Below, piece by piece: positions 7,244 to 16,776 of a DNA stretch of 32,338 nucleotides. This DNA is from Betaproteobacteria bacterium (GTDB lineage Bacteria > Pseudomonadota > Gammaproteobacteria > Burkholderiales > SG8-41): contig JAYVME010000521.1 in the NCBI GenBank assembly GCA_043759115.1, positions 1 through 32,338 on the forward strand, given 5' to 3'. The stretch's first letter is position 1. Each line of letters begins with the position of its first letter. The notes under the pieces were generated by a model. That model saw only the letters and a program-made list of their open reading frames with translations, ran no database searches and was not told the DNA's origin. A program made the translations under genes and the position numbers.

Positions 7244-7890
7244 ACCGCGGCTTCACGCTCATCGAAGTCCTGGTCACGCTGGTGATCCTGACCTTCGGCC
7301 TGTTGGGTATCGCCGGCCTGATGGCCAAAGGCCAACGTATCGCCTTCGAGGCCTATCAGCGCCAGCAGGCGGTGGCGCTCGCCAGCGACATGGGTGAGCG
7401 CATACGCGGCAACCGCCTCCTGGCGGCAGCCTGTCCTCCGGGCCCCGCGTGCACCCCTTATACCGTGGGCGCGCCGGTTGCCACCCCGGTGGGCAGCGGC
7501 GTTTTTTACGCCGACTACCGGAGCGGCGCTATAAAAGATTGCGCGCTCCTGGTGTGCAACATACAGGAACTCGCCTTGTACGACCTTGCATTGTGGGATG
7601 GATTATTGAACGGCTATTCGGAACAGCAGGCGGGCAGCGGCGCGCGGGTCGGCGGCATCGTCGCGGCCCGTGGCTGTATCGAGCAACTTTCAAACACCAG
7701 CGTGACTTGCCCGCCGGCGCCGGCGCCGGCTTCGCTTTTTAGCCGCACTCTTCGCATCAGCGTGGCATGGCAGGGGAACGACGACACGGTCGCACCGGCA
7801 AACTCCAACTGCGGCATCAATCAGTATGGCGTCGAAACCAAACGACGCGTCGTAACCTACGATCTATTGGTGCAACAACCATGTCTCTAG
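7228..7890 (+). CDS. pilV: Type IV pilus modification/minor pilin protein PilV
   Basis: MYRQLNRG is followed by FTLIEVLVTLVILTFGLLGIAGLMAKGQRIAFEAYQRQQAVALASDMGERIRGN, the PilV-type N-terminus. It overlaps fimT by 16 nt. Confidence 0.85.
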   Translation: MYRQLNRGFTLIEVLVTLVILTFGLLGIAGLMAKGQRIAFEAYQRQQAVALASDMGERIRGNRLLAAACPPGPACTPYTVGAPVATPVGSGVFYADYRSGAIKDCALLVCNIQELALYDLALWDGLLNGYSEQQAGSGARVGGIVAARGCIEQLSNTSVTCPPAPAPASLFSRTLRISVAWQGNDDTVAPANSNCGINQYGVETKRRVVTYDLLVQQPCL

Positions 7891-9062
7891 CCGCTATGAA
7901 GCTTATGCACGCCCGCCTGACGGTCACGCGCCTTGCCGTGGCGCAATGCGGCATGTCGATGATGGAGTTGATGGTCGGCCTGGCGATCGGGATGGTGCTG
8001 ACGTTGGGCATGTTCACCATGATCGTCAGCACTTCGCAGTCGTTCCGCGTCAACGATGATTTTTCGCGCATGCAGGAAAATGCCGCCGGCGCTTTCCGCT
8101 ACCTGAGCGATTCACTGCGGCAGGCGGGCTTTTACGGCAACGCGATGGACACCAGCAAGATCGCTTTCGTCGGCGGCAGTGCGGTCGCGACAACCACGGA
8201 TTGCGGCCTGGCGCCCGCACTGGATTTTGCAACACCGATTCGCGCTTACATGAACTACACCCCGTTGACGGTGAACGCGGATTTCCCCTGCATCCAGCAA
8301 GTGAATTTCAATCAGGGGCCGCCGATTGCCAACCCTAACCCGATCCTGGTCACGCGCGGCGCGAGCGGTTTCCGCATCTGCTGGACGTTCGTCGCCGCCG
8401 TGGCGAATATATCGCCGGCCTGCCCCAACACGCGTCTGCTGGCCACGCAACTGAACTATGCAACCACCATCTACCTGCAGTCCGATCCCTATCAGGGGAT
8501 GGTGTTCTACGGTGGAGATTACGCAGCGCTGCGCGCCACGGCAAGCGGCCGCAAGTATGCGAACGGCAACGACATGGAAATATTCGAATACCGGGCGCAT
8601 GTTTATTACATCCGTCCGTGCAGCCGGCCCGCGGGCGGCGCCGTCAACTGCACCGGCGCCGCCGACGACAATGGACATCCCATCCCGACACTGGTGCGGC
8701 AGGAGTTGATCGGCAGCGCAATGACCGAGGTGCCGCTGATCGAAGGCATAGACATGATCGATTACCGCTTTGGTGTCGACAGCAGCAATCCGGCTGACGG
8801 GGTGGCGGATTTCTACACCGCGAATATCGTCACCGCGACCCAGTGGGCGCAGGTCGTCTCGGTGAAAGTCACCATACTGGTGCGTTCGCCTAACATCAAT
8901 ATCGAGTATGACGATAGCGGCAAGCAGTACGATCTCTTGGGCGACAACGCGACGGTCGTTTACCGCTGCACGGCATCTCCGGCGCCCGCGTGCAACTATA
9001 AACGCAAGATTTTTTCCCAGACAATCCAGGTACGCAACATCGCGCAAAGGAACGGAGCATGA
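7881..9062 (+). CDS. pilW: Type IV pilus assembly protein PilW (minor pilin)
   Basis: ORF 7767..9062 trimmed to the Met at 7881. The prepilin motif is ...AQCG/MSMMELMVGLAIGMVLTLGMFTMIVS, followed by FRVNDDFSRMQENAAGAFRYLSDSLRQAGFYG, typical of PilW. It overlaps pilV by 10 nt. Confidence 0.85.
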   Translation: MSLAAMKLMHARLTVTRLAVAQCGMSMMELMVGLAIGMVLTLGMFTMIVSTSQSFRVNDDFSRMQENAAGAFRYLSDSLRQAGFYGNAMDTSKIAFVGGSAVATTTDCGLAPALDFATPIRAYMNYTPLTVNADFPCIQQVNFNQGPPIANPNPILVTRGASGFRICWTFVAAVANISPACPNTRLLATQLNYATTIYLQSDPYQGMVFYGGDYAALRATASGRKYANGNDMEIFEYRAHVYYIRPCSRPAGGAVNCTGAADDNGHPIPTLVRQELIGSAMTEVPLIEGIDMIDYRFGVDSSNPADGVADFYTANIVTATQWAQVVSVKVTILVRSPNINIEYDDSGKQYDLLGDNATVVYRCTASPAPACNYKRKIFSQTIQVRNIAQRNGA

Positions 9063-9565
9063 ACCACTCGCACACCGGTTTGCCGCGCCGTGAACGTGGC
9101 GCTGTACTCGTCGTCTCGCTGATCATGCTGGCGGTGCTGACGCTGTTCGTCATATCCATGATCAAGACTTCGGTGATCGAGTTGAAGATCGGCGGATCGA
9201 GCCAGATTGCCGCCATCAACCTCGCCGCGGCGGACGCTTCGGTGGACAATTTTCTCGCCCTCAACGGGGGACGCTTCGCACCCGGCTGGCTTACCGCAGG
9301 CGGTGTCGCCGGTCCCGTCGCGGGGTCGTTCAACTACACAGCCGCCAATAGCGCGTACGGCAACCTCGGCAGTTCGGTCGTATTGGTGGCAGTTCAACTC
9401 AGTTGCGGCGCGTGGAGCCAGATCGGCACCATGTTCGGCGCCATGAGTTTGCAGGCGGTGCAGTTCGACCTCACGTCTACCGCGACAGGCGGGCTCGGCA
9501 CGGCCGGTTCTGCGGTCGTGCATCAGGGCGTCCAGGCGGCTGCGCCGGGCGGATCGTGTCCTTAA
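9059..9565 (+). CDS. pilX: Type IV pilus minor pilin PilX
   Basis: ATGA overlap with the pilW stop. The N-terminus ...RRERGAVLVVSLIMLAVLTLFVISMIKTSVIELKIGG matches the PilX N-terminal domain pattern, which lacks Glu5. Confidence 0.8.
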   Translation: MNHSHTGLPRRERGAVLVVSLIMLAVLTLFVISMIKTSVIELKIGGSSQIAAINLAAADASVDNFLALNGGRFAPGWLTAGGVAGPVAGSFNYTAANSAYGNLGSSVVLVAVQLSCGAWSQIGTMFGAMSLQAVQFDLTSTATGGLGTAGSAVVHQGVQAAAPGGSCP

Positions 9566-9647
9566 CCCATGTTTTAATCGATGCCAAATGCTGCCTGTGC
9601 GAATGCGCAGACAAAACAGTCGTCAAGTTCTACCCATGAGGTGTCAC

Positions 9648-12600
9648 ATGAATAAGCGCGAACTGTTCAAAAAATCCATCGCCTGGTCGTTGATCGCGAC
9701 GATGATCAATCCCGCCCTGATGGCGCCGGCTTTCGCGCGCGACAGCGACATCTACCTCGCGAGCACGAGCGGCACCAGCACCGCCGAGCCCAACGTGCTC
9801 TTCATCCTCGGCACCAACGACCGCATGAACGTCGCCGAAGCGTGGCGCGAATACGATCCCGTCACCTACGACTCGCACGCGGAGTATCTGTGGAACGACC
9901 TCAACATCATCCGCCCCTTTGAGGTCCTTGCGGAGAACGCCTTCGCGATCTCGGACGCCGCGCCGCCGGTCAATCCATTCAGTCCATGGGGCACTTGGTC
10001 CGGCGCGCTGAACACCGACCGCAAAGCCTTGTGGCAGGCGACGCTCGCCTACGCGCTAGGCACGCAGGGCACCGACCCCGGCGCGCGCATCACCTACCGT
10101 AACTACAACGACCTGTCGTGGTATCACTGGCTGCCCGCCGGCGCCGCCACGACCGATGCGCGGCTGTGGTCGGTATCGTTCAACCGTTTCCGTGGCTACC
10201 AGCAGGTTCAGGGAGGCGTCGCGCGCGGCGGCGTGACGTTTACGGGCACGACTAATTTTCAAGCCCTTAACCAGTGCGCATCATCGCTGACCACGCTTCA
10301 GCCCTCGACCATTTTCATGCCCAGTAATGCGGCGACGAACACCGGGGTTTATCTCAACCAGCAATGGGCGCGTTTCGAGCCGTACCTGAGTCTTGGCACG
10401 ACAAACAACGGCGGCTATCCCGGCGTGCAAACCAACACCAGCGGCTACGCGCGAGGTTATTTGGATTCGTCGGTCAACCCGCCCAATACGGCATATCGCG
10501 ACCAGGCCAACAGCAGCGGCTTTACGGGCGCCCGCGGCCAGCCGATCCGGACTCAGCAGGCGAGCAGCAACGCGAACTGGGCCGATGTGGCAGCGGACGG
10601 CGGCGGGTATGTGTACCAGTCGCTTGTGCTTAATGCACCGACCGCAGTGCTCACGAATTTGCGCACGACGGCTTATGGCAGCACCTATAGCCTGCTTGCT
10701 TCGACGGGCGCGAGCTCCGCGCAAATCGAACAATTCAGCGCGTGGAAAGGCAGTCGCGACGGCGGACCCGCGTTCGGCATGAAAACCGGCACGGCCGGCT
10801 ACTACGACGTCACCCAACCGGCGTATCCGGCCGCATCGCCAACCTGCGATCCGAACAACGGCCTCACCCCGCCGGGAACGGGAGGCACGAGCGCGACGTG
10901 TATCAACGTAGCGGCCGGCGGTGGCAACGCCACCAAGACACGGCCTTGCAATTATGTGGGCTCGGGTTTGGTTCCCGCCACCGAGAATGATGCAAGTATT
11001 ATCAGCCGTACTCGCCCCACGGGAAGCTGCACGAGCGGTGTCATCAGCTGCAACAACACCAATCCCGCCGCGCTCCCGGTCGCCCCGGGTAGTTATTGCG
11101 ATGCGGCCAACCCTGCCTACGCACTGCCCGCCAACCCGGGCGCTTGCGGCGCGGTCGCGCGGCAGGACACTTTTATCCAGCAGCGCTCGACTTGCGCGTG
11201 GGCCGGCAGGCAAAGCGTTCCAGTCAACACCTGCATATGGTCGGGCCGGACGTCGGTCTATATCGAAGGCCAGGGCACGTACTTTTACGGCGGTACCTGC
11301 ACTGAAAGCGGCGTGGCCACGAACTGCTCCAAGGGCGGCGGCACCTGGGTCGCTTCGCGGGTCCTGAACGGTGTCGCGCAGTCCGACGTGACCGGCCCGT
11401 ATGGATCCCCGCCGCCGGCTAACGGCACCACGACCTTATCCTGCAACAATACGCTCTCCGCGGGTACCTATTATAACGGCGGGGTCTGCCAAGGCACGCG
11501 GCGGGTCAAGAACGCCGGGATCGGCAGCGCCGACACCATTCTTGGTCCAGCTCCCGCACCGACTTATTGCAACATCGCCGGCGTCACCGCGTCGCAAACC
11601 ATCCGCGGCACGGCATACAGCAATGTAGTCTTCAACAACTCAGTCAACGGGTGCAATCCGAATGCCGACACCGTCGGAACGTGTACCGGCCGCTACGGCG
11701 CGCAATGCGATAACAACGTCCCCTTCTGTTCACCGGTCACGTCGACGGCTTCCGTCGGCGCCGGCAACCGTTTTTACCAAGTCTATAACCAGGTCACACC
11801 GACGACGACCAACTTCGTGCACGACTGCAAGGCGGACGAGCCGGGGGGCAGTCCCGGCACGTTCATGTTTAACGAATCGACCCGCCGTGCCATTGCGACG
11901 CCATGGAACGCCACTGTCAGTAACGGCGTGTCAACTCCGACCGCGTCATACACCGACGGCGGCGGCAACGGGGTTCCCGCCGACCCGACAAAAAACATCG
12001 ACGTCTATTCGGTCAACTATCTGAACTTTCTCTATGGCGCGAAGGCGTGCCGCGATTCGGCCGGCGCCCTCATCACAACGAGCCCGCTCAGCACGCCCCC
12101 GGCCGGCGCAACTTGCAGCCCGATCGCGCGCAAAACGCGCCTGCAGGTGGCGAAGGACGCATTGTCCGGCCTGGTCATTACGACGGACGGCGTGCGCCTG
12201 GGCCTGATGGTTTATAACAAGACCGATACCGCGACCGCCGACGAAGGCGGCAACGTCGTTTATGCGATCCGGCGCATGGGTGGCAATTCAAGCGACCTGC
12301 CGGCCTACAACAACCGCGCGTCGCTGGTCACCGCGATCCAGGGCGTGGTTGCGTCATCGCGCACGCCGCTGACGGAAACCCTGTACGAGGCGTACCGCTA
12401 CTTCTCCGGCCGCACACCCGTCTTCGGCACTCTGGCCACTACGGCGGCTGTCGGCGGCGTGGTGTCTGCCGCCCGGGAAACGAGCGTCGGCGTCAACACC
12501 GATCCGCCCAGCGTTTCCGGCAACGTCTACGTGACGAATGGGGGCGGCACTTACAACTCGCCGATGATGAACAATCCGAACGTCGCGGGTCCGGCCAACT

Positions 12601-15600
12601 GCCAAAAGAATTACATCGTGATGATCACGAATGGGCAGCCGGAGGAGGATTCCTCGGCGAACGCCGCCATCAAGACCATGGCCTACGCGGCCGGGACCGG
12701 CGCGACCGTCGCGCCGCGCACCGACTTCGACACCGCCGGCGCGACGCCCAACAATGCCGGCGCGCCCGATTACCGCCAGATCCCGACGGTCGCGGGCGGC
12801 AACCCCTATGGCCCGACGGATGCCGCCGGTACGGCGGTGGACGGCGGCTACGTGTGGCTCGACGAACTGACTTATTACATGTCGAAGGCCGACGTCAGCC
12901 CGGGGGCGGCGAATTTTCAGTCTGAATACACCACTTGCGGTAATCCGACAGCACCGGGCCACGTGTGTACCACGCCGTCGACCTCCGACCTGATCACCGG
13001 CCGTCAGTCCATCATTACCTACACCATCGGTTTCGCCGGCATCAGCGCGCCGGTCGTGCAGAATGCAGCGGTGGTTTCGGGCGGCATCTATTACATTGCA
13101 CAGAATGCCCAGCAATTGCAGGCGGCGCTGGTCGCCGCGTTCATCGCCATCAAGAACTGGAACCCGACGGCAGCAGCGGCAACAGTGCCGATCTCATCGC
13201 TGAACCGGGGCGAGAGTTCGCACGACGTCTACCTCGCGTTCTTCGGGCCGTCGGTCGCCTCCGCGTGGCCGGGAACCGTCAAGAAATTTGAGATCAGCAC
13301 GCTGGCCAGCGACTGCGGCACCGGCATACCGCTATGCCTGATCGGCCAGACGATGATCAACGGCTTGTATAACATCCAGACCGTCGATCCGGTCACCGGC
13401 GCGTCCGTCGTCGATCCGACCGCGTCGAGCGGCCCCAACGATCTTCTGCATCCGCCCGGTAGCGCGTGGCAGGCCAGCACGGTGCAGGATGGCGCGCTAC
13501 CGACCAAGGGCGGCACCGGTCACGTGCTGGTGAATACGGCGGGTTTCACGCCGGACCAGCGCAAGATTTATACTTACCTTACCGACAGCGTGACGCTCTA
13601 CACGAATGGTACGAAGTCAACGACCACCAACCTGACGGCCGTCACCAACGCGGTGGATTACATCACTAACGGCGGCAACATCATACGCTGCCGGCTGGGC
13701 GACTCCGGCGCATGCAACGGGGCGGCTGCCATGAGTTTCCCGACCAAGGAAACCCTCATCAGCTACGTCCGCGGTGGCAACCTGGGCGACAGCAATTGCA
13801 CCGACGGCAGTACCGGCACGCTGTGCTCCACATGGTCGACGTGGCCGCATTTCTCGGTCGAGCATTCGAAACCGGTCATCGTTAATTACGACAGTTCGAC
13901 CAGTCCGCCGGTGCAGTACATGTACTACGTGCAGAACAACGGCATGCTGACGGCAGTCGATACGAGCACCGGCAAAGAGAAATGGTCGTTCCTGATCGAG
14001 GAGGCCTTGCCAAAACTTGCGTCGCTGCAGGCCAACGTCAACGGTCCCGAGATTTATGTCGCGGACGGCAGCCCGGCGGTGTTTTACGATGACCAGAACG
14101 GCGACGGAATCATCAACGGCGCGGATCGCGTATGGCTCTATTTCGGCCTGCGGCGCGGCGGACGCGTGTATTACGCGCTCGATATCACGCAAAAGGACAC
14201 CCCGTTCTTCAAGTGGAAAATCACCGCCGAGCAGCCATCGCTCACTGGCGACATGACATCAGGCCAGAACAAAATTCAAGTCGGCTGGAGCGCCAGCTTC
14301 GCGGTCGGGATGCAGGTGACGGTTGCCGGCGCGGGTGCGAGCGGCGCCGACCTGACCGCCACCATTACCGCGATCAATGGCGCGCAGACCCAAATAACGC
14401 TGGGCGCCACCGCCAGCACCACGGTTGCGGGCGCGCGGGTGACAACTATTGGCACGCCGTTGCCGGCAAAAGTGTGCAACGCCACCAGCACCTGCGGCGC
14501 CGTGGCGGCGTACAATGAATTGGGCCAGACCTGGTCGACGCCGAACATTGTCAAGTTGAAGGCGCTCTTTGGCGCCGCCAATAGTCCGCCCGCATTGATA
14601 TTTGGCGGTGGTTACGATCCGGCCGAAGACACGGTGCCGCCGGGCACTCGCACCATGGGTCGCGCGCTGTTTATCGTCAATGGTGACAACGCGTCCACCA
14701 ACGACACATTGCTCAAATCGTTTGGCGCGGGCCAGGGCAACGTGGCCGGTGATTTCCGCACCGGCAACATGCTCGCCACCTATGCGGTACCGTCGGACGT
14801 CACCGCCATCAACACCGATTTCGACTCGCAGAATTATGTCGACCGCCTCTATGTCGGCGACCTGGGCGGCAACGTCTGGCGCATTGACGTCGACGACGCA
14901 CTGAAAGGCAACTGGAAGGGCGAGCTCCTCGCCAGTCTGTCCAACGGGGCTGGTGAAAAACGCAAGTTTTTCTTCCCGCCGGCGGTGGCGCCGCAGGATC
15001 ACCCGTTCACCTTCCACGCGGTCTACATTGGTTCGGGCGACAAGGAACATCCGCTGCTCACCGGCAGCACCACCCCGGCCACCACCGACGACCGGATGTT
15101 CATGCTGATGGATGACCCCAGCCTGAATTCGGGCGGGGGCACACCCGACACGGGGGGGCGATCGGCGCTCCCTACGCCGACCACGCTGGCCACGCTGGTG
15201 GATATCGCGGACGTCTCAACAACCGGCGCTGACGCCACGTCCCTGATCAGCACCTCAAACAGTCTGAAAGGCCGGCAGGGCTGGTCGCGCCGCCTGCAGA
15301 ACGGTGAAAAGGTCATCAATGCAACAACCGTGTTCAGGCTGCAGGCGCAAATCAGCCGTTTGCGGTTCGGCACCTACGCGCCGCTGGTGCAATTGAATGC
15401 GTGCACTCCGCCGGGCGAAGGGCGGTTGAATGAAATCGACTCGTTAACCGGGGATCTGCTCGCGATCAACGGCGCCGCCGCGGGCGCACAGCGCTGGTAC
15501 ACGGGCTTCCTGTCGCGCGGCTATATGTCGAGCACTCAATTGCTCATATTGCCCAGCGGCGGCGTGGGCAGTTCCAAAATCATCTACCAGTTCAACTGTG

Positions 15601-15683
15601 CCGATGCGAATTGTCAGGGCACCCAGATCGGTCAGCTTGGCGCGCCGACCAAGATCTACTGGTATCTGGAACCCGAGCAGTAA
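9648..15683 (+). CDS. pilY1: PilY1/PilC-family pilus tip-associated adhesin, unusually large (2011 aa)
   Basis: ORF 9588..15683 trimmed to the Met at 9648 (GAGG RBS). Signal peptide ends ...ALMAPAFA/RD. vWA-type blocks are PNVLFIL, RLGLMVYN, RTPLTETLYEAYRYF, NYIVMITNG and TYTIGFAG. PilY1 propeller blocks are DQNGDGIINGADRVWLYFGLRRGGRVYYALDIT, VDRLYVGDLGGNVWRIDV and VYIGSGDKEHPL. The position directly after pilX fits pilY1. Confidence 0.88.
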   Translation: MNKRELFKKSIAWSLIATMINPALMAPAFARDSDIYLASTSGTSTAEPNVLFILGTNDRMNVAEAWREYDPVTYDSHAEYLWNDLNIIRPFEVLAENAFAISDAAPPVNPFSPWGTWSGALNTDRKALWQATLAYALGTQGTDPGARITYRNYNDLSWYHWLPAGAATTDARLWSVSFNRFRGYQQVQGGVARGGVTFTGTTNFQALNQCASSLTTLQPSTIFMPSNAATNTGVYLNQQWARFEPYLSLGTTNNGGYPGVQTNTSGYARGYLDSSVNPPNTAYRDQANSSGFTGARGQPIRTQQASSNANWADVAADGGGYVYQSLVLNAPTAVLTNLRTTAYGSTYSLLASTGASSAQIEQFSAWKGSRDGGPAFGMKTGTAGYYDVTQPAYPAASPTCDPNNGLTPPGTGGTSATCINVAAGGGNATKTRPCNYVGSGLVPATENDASIISRTRPTGSCTSGVISCNNTNPAALPVAPGSYCDAANPAYALPANPGACGAVARQDTFIQQRSTCAWAGRQSVPVNTCIWSGRTSVYIEGQGTYFYGGTCTESGVATNCSKGGGTWVASRVLNGVAQSDVTGPYGSPPPANGTTTLSCNNTLSAGTYYNGGVCQGTRRVKNAGIGSADTILGPAPAPTYCNIAGVTASQTIRGTAYSNVVFNNSVNGCNPNADTVGTCTGRYGAQCDNNVPFCSPVTSTASVGAGNRFYQVYNQVTPTTTNFVHDCKADEPGGSPGTFMFNESTRRAIATPWNATVSNGVSTPTASYTDGGGNGVPADPTKNIDVYSVNYLNFLYGAKACRDSAGALITTSPLSTPPAGATCSPIARKTRLQVAKDALSGLVITTDGVRLGLMVYNKTDTATADEGGNVVYAIRRMGGNSSDLPAYNNRASLVTAIQGVVASSRTPLTETLYEAYRYFSGRTPVFGTLATTAAVGGVVSAARETSVGVNTDPPSVSGNVYVTNGGGTYNSPMMNNPNVAGPANCQKNYIVMITNGQPEEDSSANAAIKTMAYAAGTGATVAPRTDFDTAGATPNNAGAPDYRQIPTVAGGNPYGPTDAAGTAVDGGYVWLDELTYYMSKADVSPGAANFQSEYTTCGNPTAPGHVCTTPSTSDLITGRQSIITYTIGFAGISAPVVQNAAVVSGGIYYIAQNAQQLQAALVAAFIAIKNWNPTAAAATVPISSLNRGESSHDVYLAFFGPSVASAWPGTVKKFEISTLASDCGTGIPLCLIGQTMINGLYNIQTVDPVTGASVVDPTASSGPNDLLHPPGSAWQASTVQDGALPTKGGTGHVLVNTAGFTPDQRKIYTYLTDSVTLYTNGTKSTTTNLTAVTNAVDYITNGGNIIRCRLGDSGACNGAAAMSFPTKETLISYVRGGNLGDSNCTDGSTGTLCSTWSTWPHFSVEHSKPVIVNYDSSTSPPVQYMYYVQNNGMLTAVDTSTGKEKWSFLIEEALPKLASLQANVNGPEIYVADGSPAVFYDDQNGDGIINGADRVWLYFGLRRGGRVYYALDITQKDTPFFKWKITAEQPSLTGDMTSGQNKIQVGWSASFAVGMQVTVAGAGASGADLTATITAINGAQTQITLGATASTTVAGARVTTIGTPLPAKVCNATSTCGAVAAYNELGQTWSTPNIVKLKALFGAANSPPALIFGGGYDPAEDTVPPGTRTMGRALFIVNGDNASTNDTLLKSFGAGQGNVAGDFRTGNMLATYAVPSDVTAINTDFDSQNYVDRLYVGDLGGNVWRIDVDDALKGNWKGELLASLSNGAGEKRKFFFPPAVAPQDHPFTFHAVYIGSGDKEHPLLTGSTTPATTDDRMFMLMDDPSLNSGGGTPDTGGRSALPTPTTLATLVDIADVSTTGADATSLISTSNSLKGRQGWSRRLQNGEKVINATTVFRLQAQISRLRFGTYAPLVQLNACTPPGEGRLNEIDSLTGDLLAINGAAAGAQRWYTGFLSRGYMSSTQLLILPSGGVGSSKIIYQFNCADANCQGTQIGQLGAPTKIYWYLEPEQ

Positions 15684-15705
15684 GCGGCAGCAACACTCGT
15701 GCTAA

Positions 15706-15734
15706 ATCCCCGCCGGTCTGGCGGGGATTTTTTT
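15706..15734 (+). terminator. Rho-independent terminator after pilY1
   Basis: A 9-bp stem ATCCCCGCC / GGCGGGGAT with a 5-nt loop (GGTCT) is followed by a T-run (15728..15734). It lies 23 nt after the pilY1 stop, between convergent pilY1 and ispH. Confidence 0.8.
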
Positions 15735-15788
15735 GTACTGCGGGATTGACGCCGCGGGACCGCATGCCCCGAGGGTGCGCCGGGCAAT

Positions 15789-16721
15789 TCAGGACGTTTC
15801 GGCGGCGAGGTTTTTTGGCAGCGGAAACGTCACGTGTTCCGTGATCCCGGCGAGTTCCGAGACCTGATCGGCGCCCAGTTCCGTAAGGCGCGCGATCACT
15901 TCCCGCACCAGCACTTCCGGCGCCGATGCGCCCGCGGTGACACCGATGCGCGCCTTGCCCGCGACCCATTCAGGTTTCAACTCGCTGGCATTGTCGACCA
16001 TGTAGGCGGCGACATGCTGATTGGCCGCCACTTCGCGCAGCCGGTTGGAATTTGAACTGTTGGGCGAGCCGACCACGATCACCACATCGCATTGCTGGGC
16101 AAGCGCCTTGATCGCATCCTGGCGGTTCTGCGTCGCGTAACAAATATCGTCTTTCTTCGGGCCGACGATTTTCGGAAAACGCTTTTTCAACGCCGCGATG
16201 ATCTGGCTCGCGTCGTCGACCGACAAAGTGGTCTGTGTGACGAACGCGAGGTTTGCCTCGTCCGCCACCTTGAGTTGCGCGACATCGGCCGGCGTCTCGA
16301 CCAGATACATGCCGCCCTGCGCCTGGCCCATAGTGCCTTCGACTTCGGGATGTCCGTGATGCCCGATCATGACTATTTCGCGGCCGAGTTCGCGCATCTT
16401 GGCAACCTCAACGTGCACCTTGGTCACCAGTGGGCACGTCGCATCGAAAACCTTGAGTTGCCGCGCCTCGGCCTCGCGCCGCACACCCTGCGATACCCCG
16501 TGCGCGCTGAAGATCACGGTGCTGCCGGCGGGCACTTCGGACAAATCCTCGACGAACACCGCGCCCTTCGAACGCAAATCGTTGACGACGAATTTGTTGT
16601 GCACGACCTCATGCCGCACGTAGATCGGCGCGCCGTGGATTTGCAGCGCACGTTCGACGATCTCGATGGCGCGGTCGACACCGGCGCAAAAGCCGCGCGG
16701 TTTGGCCAGCAGGACTTGCAT
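15789..16721 (-). CDS. ispH: 4-hydroxy-3-methylbut-2-enyl diphosphate reductase
   Basis: [40 protein letters not shown] and GHHGHPEV blocks. 310 aa. Conserved position downstream of lspA. Confidence 0.95.
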   Translation of the reverse strand: MQVLLAKPRGFCAGVDRAIEIVERALQIHGAPIYVRHEVVHNKFVVNDLRSKGAVFVEDLSEVPAGSTVIFSAHGVSQGVRREAEARQLKVFDATCPLVTKVHVEVAKMRELGREIVMIGHHGHPEVEGTMGQAQGGMYLVETPADVAQLKVADEANLAFVTQTTLSVDDASQIIAALKKRFPKIVGPKKDDICYATQNRQDAIKALAQQCDVVIVVGSPNSSNSNRLREVAANQHVAAYMVDNASELKPEWVAGKARIGVTAGASAPEVLVREVIARLTELGADQVSELAGITEHVTFPLPKNLAAETS

Positions 16722-16776
16722 GTCGGTATGGCCTCTGATGAAGGGAACGGATTATATACCCGCCGCCGCCGGGACG

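Noticed and set aside
8112-15050. Several long minus-strand ORFs inside pilW/pilY1 (8112..9047, 10281..11213, 12354..13115, 13617..14192, 14259..15050)
   Set aside because: All are antisense to frames with clear PilW/PilY1 motifs. Their products are Arg/Gly/Ala-rich and low in complexity, and none has a start context or known domain.
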